A stretch of DNA of 64,000 nucleotides from Polyangiales bacterium (GCA_044229975.1 JBGARZ010000016.1:32001-96000); one strand, 5' to 3'. Shown: positions 1-10,856, counted from the first letter of the stretch. The notes: generated by a model from the letters alone, not told the origin. Numbers and translations: made by a program.

Positions 1-221
1 AGGTGCCGCGTCCGCATGGCTTGCAGTAGATCGATGCCCGTCGAGTCGCCCAGTTGAAGGTCGGCGACCACCACGTCGACGCCCTCGAAGAGTCCCAGCG
101 CCTCCTCCACGGACGCGGCGTCGACGCAGGTGTACCCCTCGTGACGCACCACCCTCCGCAACACGCCGCGCACCGCCGCGTCGTCATCGACGATGAGCAC
201 CCGATGGCTGGCATCGGTCAC
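1..221 (-). CDS. Response regulator (receiver domain), 3' part runs off the window
   Basis: Not in the ORF track. Hand translation gives (V)TDASHRVLIVDDDAAVRGVLRRVVRHEGY...VVVADLQLGDSTGIDLL, with REC acidic pocket and phospho-Asp. In-frame alternative ATGs at 239 and 251. Confidence 0.85.
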   Translation of the reverse strand, partial: MTDASHRVLIVDDDAAVRGVLRRVVRHEGYTCVDAASVEEALGLFEGVDVVVADLQLGDSTGIDLLQAMRTRH

Positions 222-418
222 GTCCTGTCCCCCCGGCATCGCTCCGCCCATCACACCGCCTCGTTGCTGCACGTCGCCCCCTCCGTCGTACGAACACCGA
301 CCGCCCCCGGGCGGCGGAGGTCGCCGGGCGTCGCGGGCCCGGTCATGAGTCAGATGCTTCCACCCGATACCGCGGCTCCCCGGTGTTGGCCGGTCGACTC
401 TCATGAGAGCCGCAGCCC

Positions 419-448
419 CGTATACTGAGGAGAGTATCCATGCGTCAA
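419..448 (-). promoter_or_regulatory. Possible sigma70-type promoter for the receiver gene
   Basis: Minus strand TTGACG-N18-TATACG in a lower-GC intergenic stretch. Confidence 0.3.
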
Positions 449-785
449 CCGCAAATACGCCAAGTACTTCGAAGAGATCCCGTGAGTACAATCGCCACGG
501 TTATCGCGAGTCGCCGACGTCGACTTCCTGACCGTCCTGTGTCCATGGCTTGTTGATTGGACGAGCATGGCGCGGGCGCACGCTGAAGCGCGGCGTTTGC
601 GGGTCGGCCGCGCAGAAGCGGCATTGTCCGTAATGGTTTGTCGAGACTTGCCTGTGACAAGTCAGAGGTTTGACTGTGGCTGGCATGGTGCGTTGAGGGG
701 TTTGCTTGCAACGGATATCGTGCAAGGTCGCCGCCGACCCGCCAGTGAGGGGATGTGCCATGGGGAAGCGGGAGTCAGTGCGCTC

Positions 786-3068
786 TCAGCCGAGCACCTC
801 GCGCACCTTCCGGAGGAGCGCGGTCGGCGTGAGGGGCTTCTGCAAGAACGGCACACCCGCGTGCAGCACGCCCTGCTTGAGGACGGCGTCTTCGGTGTAG
901 CCGGACATGTAGATCACCCGCATCTCGGGGCGCGTCGGGCACAGCCGCTCGGCGAGCTGGCGCCCGCTCATGCGCGGCAGCACCACGTCCGTGAGCAGCA
1001 GGTCGATGCGCCCGCCGTGCTGCTCGCCGACGAGGAGCCCTTCGCTCCCGTTGGCGGCGTCGAGCACATGGTAGCCGGCGCGGCGTAGCACGACGAGGGT
1101 GAAGGCGCGCACCTGCTCCTCGTCCTCCACGAGGAGGATCGTCTCCGAGCCCCCGAGCACCTCCGCCTGTGTCGCCCGCGGGGCCGCCGCTTCGGACGCC
1201 TCCTGCACCTGCGGGAAGTAGACCTTGAAGGTCGTCCCCACGCCGGGCTCGCTGTAGACCCAGACGTGACCACCCGACTGCTTGACGATGCCAAACACCG
1301 TCGAGAGCCCGAGGCCCGTCCCCTTGCCCTTCTCCTTCGTAGTGAAGAAGGGCTCGAAGATCCGCGACCGCGTCGCCGCGTCCATGCCGCACCCGGTGTC
1401 GCTCACCGAGAGCATCACATAGGCCCCCGGCGCCACGTCCAGGTGCTCGCGCGTGTACCCCTCGTCGAACACCACCGCGCACGTCTCGATGGTGAGCCTG
1501 CCCCCCAGCGGCATGGCGTCGCGGGCGTTCACCACGAGGTTCATCACCACCTGCTCGACCTGCCCCGGGTCGACCTTGCAGCGGCCCGCGCCGGGCGTGC
1601 TCAGGAGGGCGAGTTCGACGTCCTCGCCGACCAGCCGCCGGAGCATCCGCTCGGTGCCGGCAACGACCTCGGCGAGGTCGAGCACGCGCGGCGCCATCAC
1701 CTGCTGCCGGCTGAAGGCGAGGAGCTGCTGCGTGAGCCCCGCGGCCCTCTCCCCGGCCCTCTTGATCTCGATGAGGTCGTCCCGCAGCCGCTCGCCGGGG
1801 GGCAGGTCGCCTAGCGCGAGGTCGGCGTAGCCGAGCACCACCGAGAGCAGGTTGTTGAAGTCGTGCGCGATCCCGCCGGCCAGGCGCCCCACCGCCTCCA
1901 TCTTCTGCGACTGCCGGAACTGTCCCTCCAACTCGCGCCGCGCCGTGACGTCCTCGGCGACGCCCGCGACGCGCACCACGCGCCCGCCCTCGTCGCGCAC
2001 CGGGAAGGCCTTGTCGTGGATCCACCGGACGGTCCCGTCCGGGCGCACGATTCGGTACTCCTCGTCGTAGGTGCCGACCGCCTGCCGGGTCGTCGCGGCC
2101 TCCAGCACCCGGGCCCGGTCCTCGGGGTGCAGGGCGTCGGACCAGTCCTGCGGCGACGCGTACAGGGACTCGCAGCTCCGCCCCCAGACGCTCTCGTAGG
2201 CCGGGCTGACGTAGACCATCACACCCTTCTCCAGGTCGGTCATCCAGAACACCTCGCGGATGCTCTCGGCGAGCTGGCGGAAGCGGGCCTCGCCGGCGCG
2301 CAGCGCCGCCTCGCTGCGCCGCCGCTCGGTGATGTCTCGGAGGTTGCTGACGAAGGCGTTCACGACGGGGTCGGCGAGGAGGTTCTTGGTCCGCACCTCC
2401 ACCCACCGCCAGGACCCGTCGGCGCAGGCGACCCTGACCTCCAGCGTGCGGCTTTCGCTCGGGGAGGCCGTCAGCTCCGCGTAGGCCGCCTCGGCCTTTG
2501 CGCGGTCGTCGGGGTGAAGGCGCTCGAAGCCCCGATCGCCGACCGCCGAGCCCTCCGGGAAGCCGAGGATGCGCCACACCGCCGGGCTGCGGTAGAGGGT
2601 GACGCCGTCGGCGGACGTGAGGGTGACGCCGTCGGCGCTGTGCTCGATGAGCGCCTGGAAGCGCGCCTGCTCGCGGGCGCGCTCGGCCCGCAGGGCGCAC
2701 TCCCGCAGCTCGCGCTCGACCGCCGGGGCGAGCCGCGCGAGGCGGTCCTTGAGCACGTAGTCGTGCGCCCCGGCGCGCATCGCCTCGACGGCCAGCTCCT
2801 CGCCGATGGTGCCCGACACGATGATGAACGGCAGGTCGAGCCCACTCTCCTTGAGCACCGCGAGGGCGCCGAGGGCGCTGAACTCCGGCATCGACCAGTC
2901 GCTCAGCACGAGGTCCCAGGGCGCGCGGGCGAGGGCGGCGCGCATGGCCGCCGCGTCCTCGACGCGCTCGGACTCCACGGCCCGACCGGTGTCGCGCAGC
3001 GCCCGCAGGACGAGCTTGGCGTCCGTCGGCGAGTCCTCGGCGAGCAGCACCCGCAGCGGCGCGGTCAC
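786..3068 (-). CDS. Hybrid sensor histidine kinase (REC-PAS-PAS-HisKA-HATPase-REC)
   Basis: LRVLLAEDS receiver, two PAS/PAC domains, H-box AGGIAHDFNNLL, N/G boxes NARDAM, DTGCGM, GTGLGL, and a C-terminal receiver. GTG start overlaps the upstream stop (GTGA). Confidence 0.93.
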   Translation of the reverse strand: MTAPLRVLLAEDSPTDAKLVLRALRDTGRAVESERVEDAAAMRAALARAPWDLVLSDWSMPEFSALGALAVLKESGLDLPFIIVSGTIGEELAVEAMRAGAHDYVLKDRLARLAPAVERELRECALRAERAREQARFQALIEHSADGVTLTSADGVTLYRSPAVWRILGFPEGSAVGDRGFERLHPDDRAKAEAAYAELTASPSESRTLEVRVACADGSWRWVEVRTKNLLADPVVNAFVSNLRDITERRRSEAALRAGEARFRQLAESIREVFWMTDLEKGVMVYVSPAYESVWGRSCESLYASPQDWSDALHPEDRARVLEAATTRQAVGTYDEEYRIVRPDGTVRWIHDKAFPVRDEGGRVVRVAGVAEDVTARRELEGQFRQSQKMEAVGRLAGGIAHDFNNLLSVVLGYADLALGDLPPGERLRDDLIEIKRAGERAAGLTQQLLAFSRQQVMAPRVLDLAEVVAGTERMLRRLVGEDVELALLSTPGAGRCKVDPGQVEQVVMNLVVNARDAMPLGGRLTIETCAVVFDEGYTREHLDVAPGAYVMLSVSDTGCGMDAATRSRIFEPFFTTKEKGKGTGLGLSTVFGIVKQSGGHVWVYSEPGVGTTFKVYFPQVQEASEAAAPRATQAEVLGGSETILLVEDEEQVRAFTLVVLRRAGYHVLDAANGSEGLLVGEQHGGRIDLLLTDVVLPRMSGRQLAERLCPTRPEMRVIYMSGYTEDAVLKQGVLHAGVPFLQKPLTPTALLRKVREVLG

Positions 3069-3514
3069 GGCTCGGACCGCCGGGCCGGGGGCCGCTGGTT
3101 CATGACGAGCCAGAAGTGTCCGAGCGTGCGGGCCACCTCGGCGAACTCGGCGAACTCCACGGGCTTGCGGACGTAGGCGTTGGCGCCGAGCGAGTAGCCC
3201 CGCTCGACGTCCTCCTCCTCCGCGGAGGCCGTGAGGATGACCACCGGCAGCAGGCGTGTGCGCTCGTTGGCGCGGAGGCGACGCAGCACCTCCAGGCCGT
3301 CGACGCGGGGCAGCTTCAGGTCCAGCAGGACGACCGCTGGCAGGTCGCTCGTGGTGCGCGCGGCGTGCATCCCGGTCCCGAACAGGTAATCGAGCGCCTC
3401 GACGCCGTCGCGCGCGACGGTGATCGTGTTGGCGACGCCGCACGTGCGGAACGCCCGTGTGGTGAGCTTCTCATCGGTCGGGTTGTCTTCGACGAGCAGG
3501 ATCGTCTTGTGCAC
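3065..3514 (-). CDS. Single-domain response regulator (Rcp1-like)
   Basis: ILLVEDNPTD...VVLLDLKLPRVDG...VILTAS...GANAYVRKPV...FWL, the typical partner of phytochrome-type kinases. Confidence 0.92.
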   Translation of the reverse strand: MHKTILLVEDNPTDEKLTTRAFRTCGVANTITVARDGVEALDYLFGTGMHAARTTSDLPAVVLLDLKLPRVDGLEVLRRLRANERTRLLPVVILTASAEEEDVERGYSLGANAYVRKPVEFAEFAEVARTLGHFWLVMNQRPPARRSEP

Positions 3515-3564
3515 GGTGGGTCTGGTGCTCCTGTGGCGGTCGACGGTCGGCGTCTGCGGGGGGG

Positions 3565-5085
3565 CTACGGCGGGGTCCCGAGCGGGGCCGCCGCGACCGT
3601 GAAGAGGAAGGTCGCGCCCTCGCCCACGCGCCCTTCGGCCCAGATACGGCCGCCGTGGCGGTGGACGATGCGCTGCACGGTCGCGAGGCCGACGCCGGTG
3701 CCAGGGTACTCGGCGATCGCGTGCAGGCGCTGGAAGGGCGCGAAGAGCTTGTTGGCGTAGGCCATGTCGAAGCCCGCGCCGTTGTCCCGCACGAAGAAGA
3801 CGCGCCCGCCCTCGCCCTCGACGCAGCCGACCTCGACGCGCGGCGCGGCCGCCCGCCGCGTGAACTTCCAGGCGTTGCCGAGCAGGTTGTCCAGGAGGGC
3901 GCGGGCGAGGAGCGGGTCGATCCACGCCTGGAGGTTCTCGTGCACCACGACCTCCCGGGCCGGGCGGGGCTCCTCCGCGTCGAGCCTCGCGACGATGGCG
4001 CGGGCGAGCGCCGCGAGGTCGACCGCCACGGGCTTGAGCTCGCTGCGGGTCACGCGGGCGAGCGAGAGCAGGGCGTCGATGAGCTCGGCCATCCGCCGCG
4101 CGTTGAGCAGGATCTCCTGGAGCGCGTCGCGGCCGTCGGCGTCGAGCTTGTCCTGGTACTCGTCGAGCAGCACATGGGCGAAGCCGCTCATGCCCCGCAG
4201 CGGCGCGCGCAGGTCGTGCGCGACCGAGTAGCTGAAGGCCTCGAGCTCGCGGTTGGACAGCTTGAGCGCGGCCTCGGTCGCACGGCGCGAGGTGATGTCG
4301 CGGATGGCGCTGGAGAAGAGCGGCCCCTCCTCGGTCTCCAGCGGGCTCAGGCTGATCTCCACCGGGAACTCCGTCCCGTCCTTGCGGAGGCCGTACAGCT
4401 CCAGCTCCGACCCCATCGCGCGCGGCCTCGGCTCGCGGACGTAGCCCGCGCGGTGGCCCGGGTGGCGGTCCCGGAAGCGCTGGGGCACGAGCATGTCCAC
4501 CGCCCTCCCCAGCAGCTCGCCGCGCGGGTACCCGAAGAGCCGCTCCGCCTGCCCGTTGACGAGGACGATGGTCCCGTCGCGGTCGACGATCACCACCGCG
4601 TCGGGCGCGGCCTCCAGGAAGGTCCGGAACCTCGCGTCGGTGGCGCGCTCCCGGCGCAGGTCGGCGAGCGCGGCCTCGGCGAGGCGTGCCTCGGCGTCGC
4701 GGACCATCTCCTCCCTCACACGCAGGTACTCGTCGCCGGCCACGGCCCGCAGCCGGTCGTGGAAGCGGTGCTGGGCGTCGAGCGCCGCGACCAGCCGCGG
4801 CCGGTCGTCGCCGTAGGCCGCGACCATCGCGGGCAGCAGTTGCCGCACCCCCGCGGTCATTTGATCGTACCAGCCCCAGAAGCTCACCCCCTGCCCGGCG
4901 CAGGCCGCGACCTGCGCGCGCAGCGCCGGCCCGAGCTCCGGGCGCTCGGCGAACGGCCGCAGCGTCGCGACATGGTCGGCGTCGTGGTGGGACGCGTAGA
5001 CGCGCCAGAAGTCCTCAAAGGCAGCGCGCTGCTCGGGCGTGAGCCGCGCTTCTCCCGATGCCCCCAGGTCGACGCTCATCATCAC
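3565..5085 (-). CDS. PAS sensor histidine kinase (phytochrome-type kinase core) with N-terminal helical domain
   Basis: PAS (APDAVVIVD...[10 protein letters not shown]), H-box [35 protein letters not shown]. Confidence 0.92.
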   Translation of the reverse strand: MMMSVDLGASGEARLTPEQRAAFEDFWRVYASHHDADHVATLRPFAERPELGPALRAQVAACAGQGVSFWGWYDQMTAGVRQLLPAMVAAYGDDRPRLVAALDAQHRFHDRLRAVAGDEYLRVREEMVRDAEARLAEAALADLRRERATDARFRTFLEAAPDAVVIVDRDGTIVLVNGQAERLFGYPRGELLGRAVDMLVPQRFRDRHPGHRAGYVREPRPRAMGSELELYGLRKDGTEFPVEISLSPLETEEGPLFSSAIRDITSRRATEAALKLSNRELEAFSYSVAHDLRAPLRGMSGFAHVLLDEYQDKLDADGRDALQEILLNARRMAELIDALLSLARVTRSELKPVAVDLAALARAIVARLDAEEPRPAREVVVHENLQAWIDPLLARALLDNLLGNAWKFTRRAAAPRVEVGCVEGEGGRVFFVRDNGAGFDMAYANKLFAPFQRLHAIAEYPGTGVGLATVQRIVHRHGGRIWAEGRVGEGATFLFTVAAAPLGTPP

Positions 5086-5502
5086 GTGCTCTCCGAGGCT
5101 CCTCGTCCTCTGGTCGGTGGGTCGGAGTGCCCATTGACTACGCCACCTCCTATCGGAACGTCGAGCCCTCTGCTTGAGGGGTCAAGAGCTTAAAAAGTCA
5201 TGACAAACCGTTGAAATCGCCCGCCGGGTTTCGAGGCTTCGCGGGGTCGCGCGCGGCGCTTCGATCACCCCAGCGCGGCGATCGCCCGTGCCTGAAGATT
5301 GGACCAACCCTCCCTCCCATTGCCGGTACCCTCCGGCCGCGGAGTGGTCATCAGAGAAAAGTTTGAGACGGTCTGTTTCGACGCCCGCCGTCCGGGCAAC
5401 GATCGCGGCGATCGGACGGCCGACGGCGCCTCCTTGCGCTTTGCCAGGCCTACCCCGACAAGGGGTTGACCCGGGGGCCCCCCCACTCTCCCCAACGAAC
5501 CC

Positions 5503-7647
5503 ATGAACGACGCGGACCACCCCACCGAGAACGCCACCGACGAGATCGTCGCGCTGCGCCGACAGGACCAGCGGCTGCGGTTGATCCTCGACGGCGTCCG
5601 CGACCACGCCATCTCCATGCTCGATCGCGACGGGCGGGTGGAGACCTTCAACGCGCCGGCCGAGCGCATCAAGGGCTACGCCGTCGAGGAGGTGCGGGGG
5701 CGCTACTACGGGATGTTCTTCACGCCGGAAGATCTCGCGACGGGGCTGCCCGAGGAAGAGCTCGCGGTCGCCCGCGCGACGGGTCGCTACGAGGGCGAGG
5801 GATGGCGTCTGCGGAAGGACGGCTCGCGCTTCTACGCCACGGTCTCGCTGTCCGTGCTGCGGGACGCCGCGGGCGAGCCGGTCGGCTTCGTCAAGGTCAC
5901 CCAGGACATCACCGAGCGCCGGACCCTGGCCGAAGAAGCACGCCGCGCAGAAGGGTGGCTCCGGTTCTTGTCCGAGGCGTCCAACACGCTCGCGAGCTCG
6001 CTCGACTATCGACAGATCCTGGCCACGCTCGCGCGCCTCTGCGTCCCCACGATCGCCGACTGGGCCGCGGTGGACATGCTCGGTCCCGATCGCACGCTGC
6101 AACGCCTCGCCGTCGTGCACGTCGACCCAACCAAGGTCGAACTCGCGCACGAGCTCTACCGCCGCTGGCCCCCGACCCTGGACGACCCGCACGGCGTCCC
6201 GCACGTCCTGCGGACGGGGCGGTCCGAGGTCTTCTACGAGATCAGCGACGCGCTGCTCGAAGCGTCGGTGCCCGACCCCGAGCTGCTCGGCGTCGCGCGC
6301 TCCCTCGGTCTCTCGTCCTCGATGTGCGTTCCGCTCACGGTGCGCGGGTCCACCGTGGGGACGATCAGCCTCGTGTCCGCCGAGTCGGGGCGTCGCTTCA
6401 CCGCCGACAGCCTCGTGCTCGCCGAAGAGCTGGCGCGCCGCGCGAGCGTCGCGGTCGAAAACGCCATGCTCTACCGCGAGGCCACCGAGGCGTCGCAGTT
6501 GAAGGACGAGTTCCTCGCCACGCTGTCGCACGAGCTGCGCACGCCCCTCACGGCCATCCTCGGCTGGGCCACCATGCTGCGCATGCGCCAGGACGACCCC
6601 GGTCAGGTGAGCAAGGGGCTCGCGACCATCGAGCGCAACGCGCGGGTGCAGTCGCAGCTCATCGACGACCTGCTCGACCTCTCGCGCATCGTCACCGGCA
6701 AGCTCCGCCTGGACGTTCAACCCGTCGAGCCGGGTGTGCTCGTCGAGTCGGCTCTCGACACCATCCGCCCGGCGGCGGCAGGCAAGGGCGTGTCCCTCCG
6801 CGCCGTCATCGACCCGCAGGCGGGCACGCTCATGGGCGACGCGGGTCGGCTCGTGCAGGTCGTCAACAACCTGCTGACCAACGCGACCAAGTTCACGCCC
6901 AAGGGCGGCGCCATCCGGGTCTATGTTCGGCGCGTCGAGAGCTCGGTCGAGATCACGGTGAAGGACACCGGCGCAGGCATCGAGCCGACCTTTCTCCCGC
7001 ACGTCTTCGAGCGCTTCCGGCAGGCGGATGGGAGCATCACCCGCACGCATGGCGGCCTCGGGCTGGGCCTCGCGATCTGCCGTTCGCTCGTCGAGCTGCA
7101 CGGCGGCACCATCTCGGCCGAGAGCGAAGGCCGAGGCCGCGGGTCGACCTTCACGGTGCGTCTCCCTGTGGCCCCGATCCGGTCGTCGCCGGTGCCCGCG
7201 GCCCCCACACCCGCGCCCGAGGGCGCTGAACACTCGGTGGCGCTGGCGCGCTCCATCGCGCTGGAGGCGGTCCGCATCCTGGTGGTGGACGACGAGCCCG
7301 ACACGCGCGACGTGCTCACGGTGCTGCTCGAACAATACGGGGCGTCGGTGCGGGTCGCCGCGTCGGCGGCCGGGGCCCTCGCGATGCTTCGGCGCGACCC
7401 CCCGGACGTGCTGGTCTCCGACATCGGGATGCCCGATGAAGACGGGCTGACCTTCATGCGGAAGGTGCGTGCGTTGCCCGCTGCGGAGGGAGGCCGCGTC
7501 CCCTCCGTGGCCCTCACGGCCTACGCCGCGCCGGGCGATCGCACCCGCGCCTTCATGGCGGGCTTCAACCAGTTCGCCACCAAGCCCATCGACAACCAGG
7601 AGCTGGTCGTCGTCATCGCCACCGTCCTGGGTCGCCTCTCGACCTGA
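5503..7647 (+). CDS. Hybrid sensor histidine kinase (PAS-GAF-HisKA-HATPase-REC)
   Basis: PAS (LRKDGSRF), GAF, H-box FLATLSHELRTPL, NATKFT, GGLGLGL, receiver ILVVDDE...SDIGMP. Confidence 0.93.
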   Translation: MNDADHPTENATDEIVALRRQDQRLRLILDGVRDHAISMLDRDGRVETFNAPAERIKGYAVEEVRGRYYGMFFTPEDLATGLPEEELAVARATGRYEGEGWRLRKDGSRFYATVSLSVLRDAAGEPVGFVKVTQDITERRTLAEEARRAEGWLRFLSEASNTLASSLDYRQILATLARLCVPTIADWAAVDMLGPDRTLQRLAVVHVDPTKVELAHELYRRWPPTLDDPHGVPHVLRTGRSEVFYEISDALLEASVPDPELLGVARSLGLSSSMCVPLTVRGSTVGTISLVSAESGRRFTADSLVLAEELARRASVAVENAMLYREATEASQLKDEFLATLSHELRTPLTAILGWATMLRMRQDDPGQVSKGLATIERNARVQSQLIDDLLDLSRIVTGKLRLDVQPVEPGVLVESALDTIRPAAAGKGVSLRAVIDPQAGTLMGDAGRLVQVVNNLLTNATKFTPKGGAIRVYVRRVESSVEITVKDTGAGIEPTFLPHVFERFRQADGSITRTHGGLGLGLAICRSLVELHGGTISAESEGRGRGSTFTVRLPVAPIRSSPVPAAPTPAPEGAEHSVALARSIALEAVRILVVDDEPDTRDVLTVLLEQYGASVRVAASAAGALAMLRRDPPDVLVSDIGMPDEDGLTFMRKVRALPAAEGGRVPSVALTAYAAPGDRTRAFMAGFNQFATKPIDNQELVVVIATVLGRLST

Positions 7648-7794
7648 CGCACTCGCGGTCGGGCGTGTCGGAGCGAGGCGTCATCGCGGGGATCTTCACC
7701 GGCGGCGCCTCGTCGCGGAGATCGCTGGGAGCCGCTGTTCGCCCGCCTCGACGCGCCGGTGGTGTTGCCCATCGCGCGGCGTGCGAGGCGCCCG

Positions 7795-9159
7795 TCACGC
7801 TCGGTCGACGGCCACCGGCACCCCGACGCGGCGCGTGCTGACGAGCCCTGCGATCAACGTCAGCGCCGCCGCGACGCCGAGGCCGACGCGCGGCGCGACG
7901 TCGATCGACATCCTCGCGAACAGCAGGGTCATCAGCACGGCGCCGAGGGTCTGGCCGGTGAGGCGCGCGGTGCCCTGCATGCCGCCGGCTGCGCCGCTGC
8001 GCGCGGTCGGCGCGGACAGGAGCATGTTGCGGTTGTTGGGGACCTGAAACAGCCCGAAGCCCGCACCGCACAGCACCACGCAGGGGAGCAGCGCGAGCGG
8101 CCGTCCGGCGAGCGGAGCGAGCGCCGCGCCCGCGAGTCCGATCGCCAGCAAGGTGCCGCCGAGGGCACACAGCCACGCGCCCGAGACGCGCTCCGTCAGC
8201 CGCCCCGCGATCGGCGCCACGACCGCGACCGTCAGGGGCCACGGCGTGATGAGGAGGCCGGTGTGCAACGCATCCTGGCGGAGGCTGTGTTGCAGATAGA
8301 ACGGCAGCGACACCATCGCGGCGCTCTGTCCGACGAAGCAGCACACCGACGCGACCACGGAGGTGCGGAAGGAGGCGTCGCGCAGGAGATCGAGCGGGAT
8401 CAACGGCGCGTCACGCGGCAGCTCGCGGCGCACCAGGGCGATCATGCCGAGCGCGGCCACGGCGAGGGTGACGGTCGCGACGGCGGGCGCCACGGGGAGC
8501 AGCTCGGCGCCGACGACCAGGGCGGCGAAGGCGGAGGCGTTGAGGGCGATGCTGGCGGGGTCGAGCGGGCGCGCGCTCCCGGTGACGGACGGCAGGGCCC
8601 GCGTCGCGAGCAGCACCAACGCGCCGAGCGGGAGGTTGATGGCGAAGAGCCAGGGCCAGCCTCCCAAGGAGAGAATCACCGCGCCGACGGTCGGACCCGC
8701 GGCCGAGGCGAGCGCGACGGCGAGGGCGTTCCAGCCGATGGCGGCGCCGAGCCGCTCGGGTGGGACCACGAAGCGCAGCAGCGCGACGCCGAGCGACATG
8801 ATGCCGGCGCCGCCGAGGCCCTGGGCGAAGCGCGCGACGACGAGCCACGACAGCGATGGGGCGAACGCGCACAGCGCCGACGCGCCGACGAAGAGCGCGA
8901 CGCCTCCCGCATACACACGACGGTAGCCGACGCTCTCGCCGAGCGCGGCGCACGGGAGCAACGCCATCACGAGGGCCATCTGGTAGGCGGTGATCACGCG
9001 CACCGAGACGGCGGGCGTCACCGCGAGCGAGCGCGCGATGGCAGGCAGCGCGACGTTGGCGACGGCGGCGTCGAGCACCACGAGGACGATGGCCGCGAGC
9101 ACGCAGGCGATCGCGATGCTGCGCCGCGGCCCCTCCCCGACGACGGGGTGCGGGGTCAC
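7795..9159 (-). CDS. MFS transporter (DHA2/EmrB-like)
   Basis: LDAAVANVALP, ARFAQGLG, GPTVG, WPWLFAINLPLG and many TM helices. GTG start overlaps the upstream stop. Confidence 0.9.
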   Translation of the reverse strand: MTPHPVVGEGPRRSIAIACVLAAIVLVVLDAAVANVALPAIARSLAVTPAVSVRVITAYQMALVMALLPCAALGESVGYRRVYAGGVALFVGASALCAFAPSLSWLVVARFAQGLGGAGIMSLGVALLRFVVPPERLGAAIGWNALAVALASAAGPTVGAVILSLGGWPWLFAINLPLGALVLLATRALPSVTGSARPLDPASIALNASAFAALVVGAELLPVAPAVATVTLAVAALGMIALVRRELPRDAPLIPLDLLRDASFRTSVVASVCCFVGQSAAMVSLPFYLQHSLRQDALHTGLLITPWPLTVAVVAPIAGRLTERVSGAWLCALGGTLLAIGLAGAALAPLAGRPLALLPCVVLCGAGFGLFQVPNNRNMLLSAPTARSGAAGGMQGTARLTGQTLGAVLMTLLFARMSIDVAPRVGLGVAAALTLIAGLVSTRRVGVPVAVDRA

Positions 9160-9695
9160 GCCGCTCCGAGGGTCCAGACGCCGTCGCGCTCGACGTAGCG
9201 GGTGATCCACCGCGCCTCGTCGTCGCTCTTCAGGTCGCGCGCGGTGAAACGAAACAGCAGCGACGGCTCGTCGAGGCCGCGCGTGTCGTGGATGTCACCC
9301 GGCAGGTAGAGGCGCGCCTCGCCCGCGCGCAGCACCGACGCGTCCCGTCGCACCAGGCGGACGCCGCCGTCCGGGGACTGCACGCGGGCGTAGGTCCCGA
9401 TCTCCATGGCGCCTCGTTGCAGCGCGTAGATGACCCAGTTGCGACCGTGGTCGTGGGGCGCGCGGTACAGGTGCGCGGGCTCGCTGTGCGCCAGAAGCAC
9501 GAAGCCGTGGGTGGGGTCGCGGTAGAGCTCGCGGGACGCTGGTGCTTCCCGGTGCAGCGCGGCCAGCCAGGGCTCGGTGCCGGGCGCGTGGGTGAGCTGC
9601 TCCAGGTGGCCGCGCACGGCGGCGACCATCTCGGTGGTGAGCGGTCCAAAGGAGGCGCGGGTCTGGGTGACGAAGGTGTCGAGGGCGTCGGTCAT
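9156..9695 (-). CDS. Cupin, cysteine/thiol dioxygenase-like protein
   Basis: PHDHGRNWVIY and PGDIHD motifs give a 3-His cupin metal site. Confidence 0.65.
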   Translation of the reverse strand: MTDALDTFVTQTRASFGPLTTEMVAAVRGHLEQLTHAPGTEPWLAALHREAPASRELYRDPTHGFVLLAHSEPAHLYRAPHDHGRNWVIYALQRGAMEIGTYARVQSPDGGVRLVRRDASVLRAGEARLYLPGDIHDTRGLDEPSLLFRFTARDLKSDDEARWITRYVERDGVWTLGAA

Positions 9696-9841
9696 GGGCT
9701 TCTCCTGGGGGTGGTGTCTGCGTGGAGCTCACGCCTCCGACTCGTAGCGTCGCTCGCAACATGGCGGAACGCGCATCGGTTGCAGGTGACCCGTGCACGG
9801 GACGCCATGTCACCCCCGGCCGGTCTGGTAGCGTCGGGCCC

Positions 9842-10798
9842 ATGTCGATGCCCGACCTGAACCTGCTCGTGACGCTCCATGTGCTCCTGGAGGAAGGCAG
9901 CGTCGCGGGCGCGGCCCGCCGCTTACGGCTGAGCGCGTCGGCGATGAGCCGCGCGTTGTCGCGCCTGCGCGAGGCCACCGGCGACCCGCTGCTGGTGCGA
10001 TCGGGGCGGGGATTGGTGCCGACGCCGCGCGCCATCGAGCTGCGCGGGCGCGCCGCTCCGCTGGTGCAGGAGGCGCAAAGCGTGTTGCGCCCCGCCGCGG
10101 CGCTCGACCTCACGCGCCTCGTGCGCGCCTTCACGCTGCGCAACACGGAGGGATTCGTGGAGAGCTTCGGCCCCGCGCTCATCGCCCGCGCCCAGCGCGA
10201 AGCGCCGGGGGTGCAGCTCCGCTTCCTCCCGAAGGCCGACAAGGATGGGAGGCTGCTGCGCGAGGGCGTCGTCGACCTGGAGACCGGCGTCGTCAACGAC
10301 CAGACCAGCCCCGAGCTGCGCACCCAGGCCCTGTTTCACGACCGCTACATCGGCGCGGTGCGACACGGGCACCCGCTCGCCCGTCGAAAGCTCACGCTCG
10401 CGCGCTACGTCGCGGGAAAGCACGTGCTGTTCTCCCGCGAGGGTCACGCGAAGGGCCGCGTCGACGAGGCGCTCGCCGCGCTCGGGCTCGCGCGCACCAT
10501 CGTCACGGTCGTCGGCGGCTTCGCGACCGCCCTGGCGCTGGCGCGCGCGTCGGACCTCATCGCGAGCGTCCCCGAGCGCCACACCCAGACGCTGCGCGAG
10601 TCGATGGTGAGCTTCGCGCTGCCCTTCGCGGCCCCGGAGATCACCGTCTCGATGTTGTGGCACCCGCGGCACGACGCCGACCCCGCGCACCGCTGGTTGC
10701 GCGGCTGCCTGCGCGCGGTGACCGCGGGCCGTCTCGACCCTCAGGACTCGCTGCGCAGGCGCCAGCGTTCGGACGCGCCCGCGGGCGGCGTGACTTGA
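9842..10798 (+). CDS. LysR-family transcriptional regulator
   Basis: PDLNLLVTLHVLLEEGSVAGAARRLRLSASAMSRALSRLR HTH; C-terminal WHPRHDADPAHRWLR. Divergent from the cupin-MFS pair. Confidence 0.93.
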   Translation: MSMPDLNLLVTLHVLLEEGSVAGAARRLRLSASAMSRALSRLREATGDPLLVRSGRGLVPTPRAIELRGRAAPLVQEAQSVLRPAAALDLTRLVRAFTLRNTEGFVESFGPALIARAQREAPGVQLRFLPKADKDGRLLREGVVDLETGVVNDQTSPELRTQALFHDRYIGAVRHGHPLARRKLTLARYVAGKHVLFSREGHAKGRVDEALAALGLARTIVTVVGGFATALALARASDLIASVPERHTQTLRESMVSFALPFAAPEITVSMLWHPRHDADPAHRWLRGCLRAVTAGRLDPQDSLRRRQRSDAPAGGVT

Positions 10799-10856
10799 CA
10801 TCCCCGTCGCCCACCGCGAGAGCCCTCCGGGTGCCTCACCGAGCGGAGCCGTCGAC

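Noticed and set aside
10799..10856. Fluoride riboswitch upstream of CLC-F
   Set aside because: No recognisable crcB-motif consensus in the short gap by eye.
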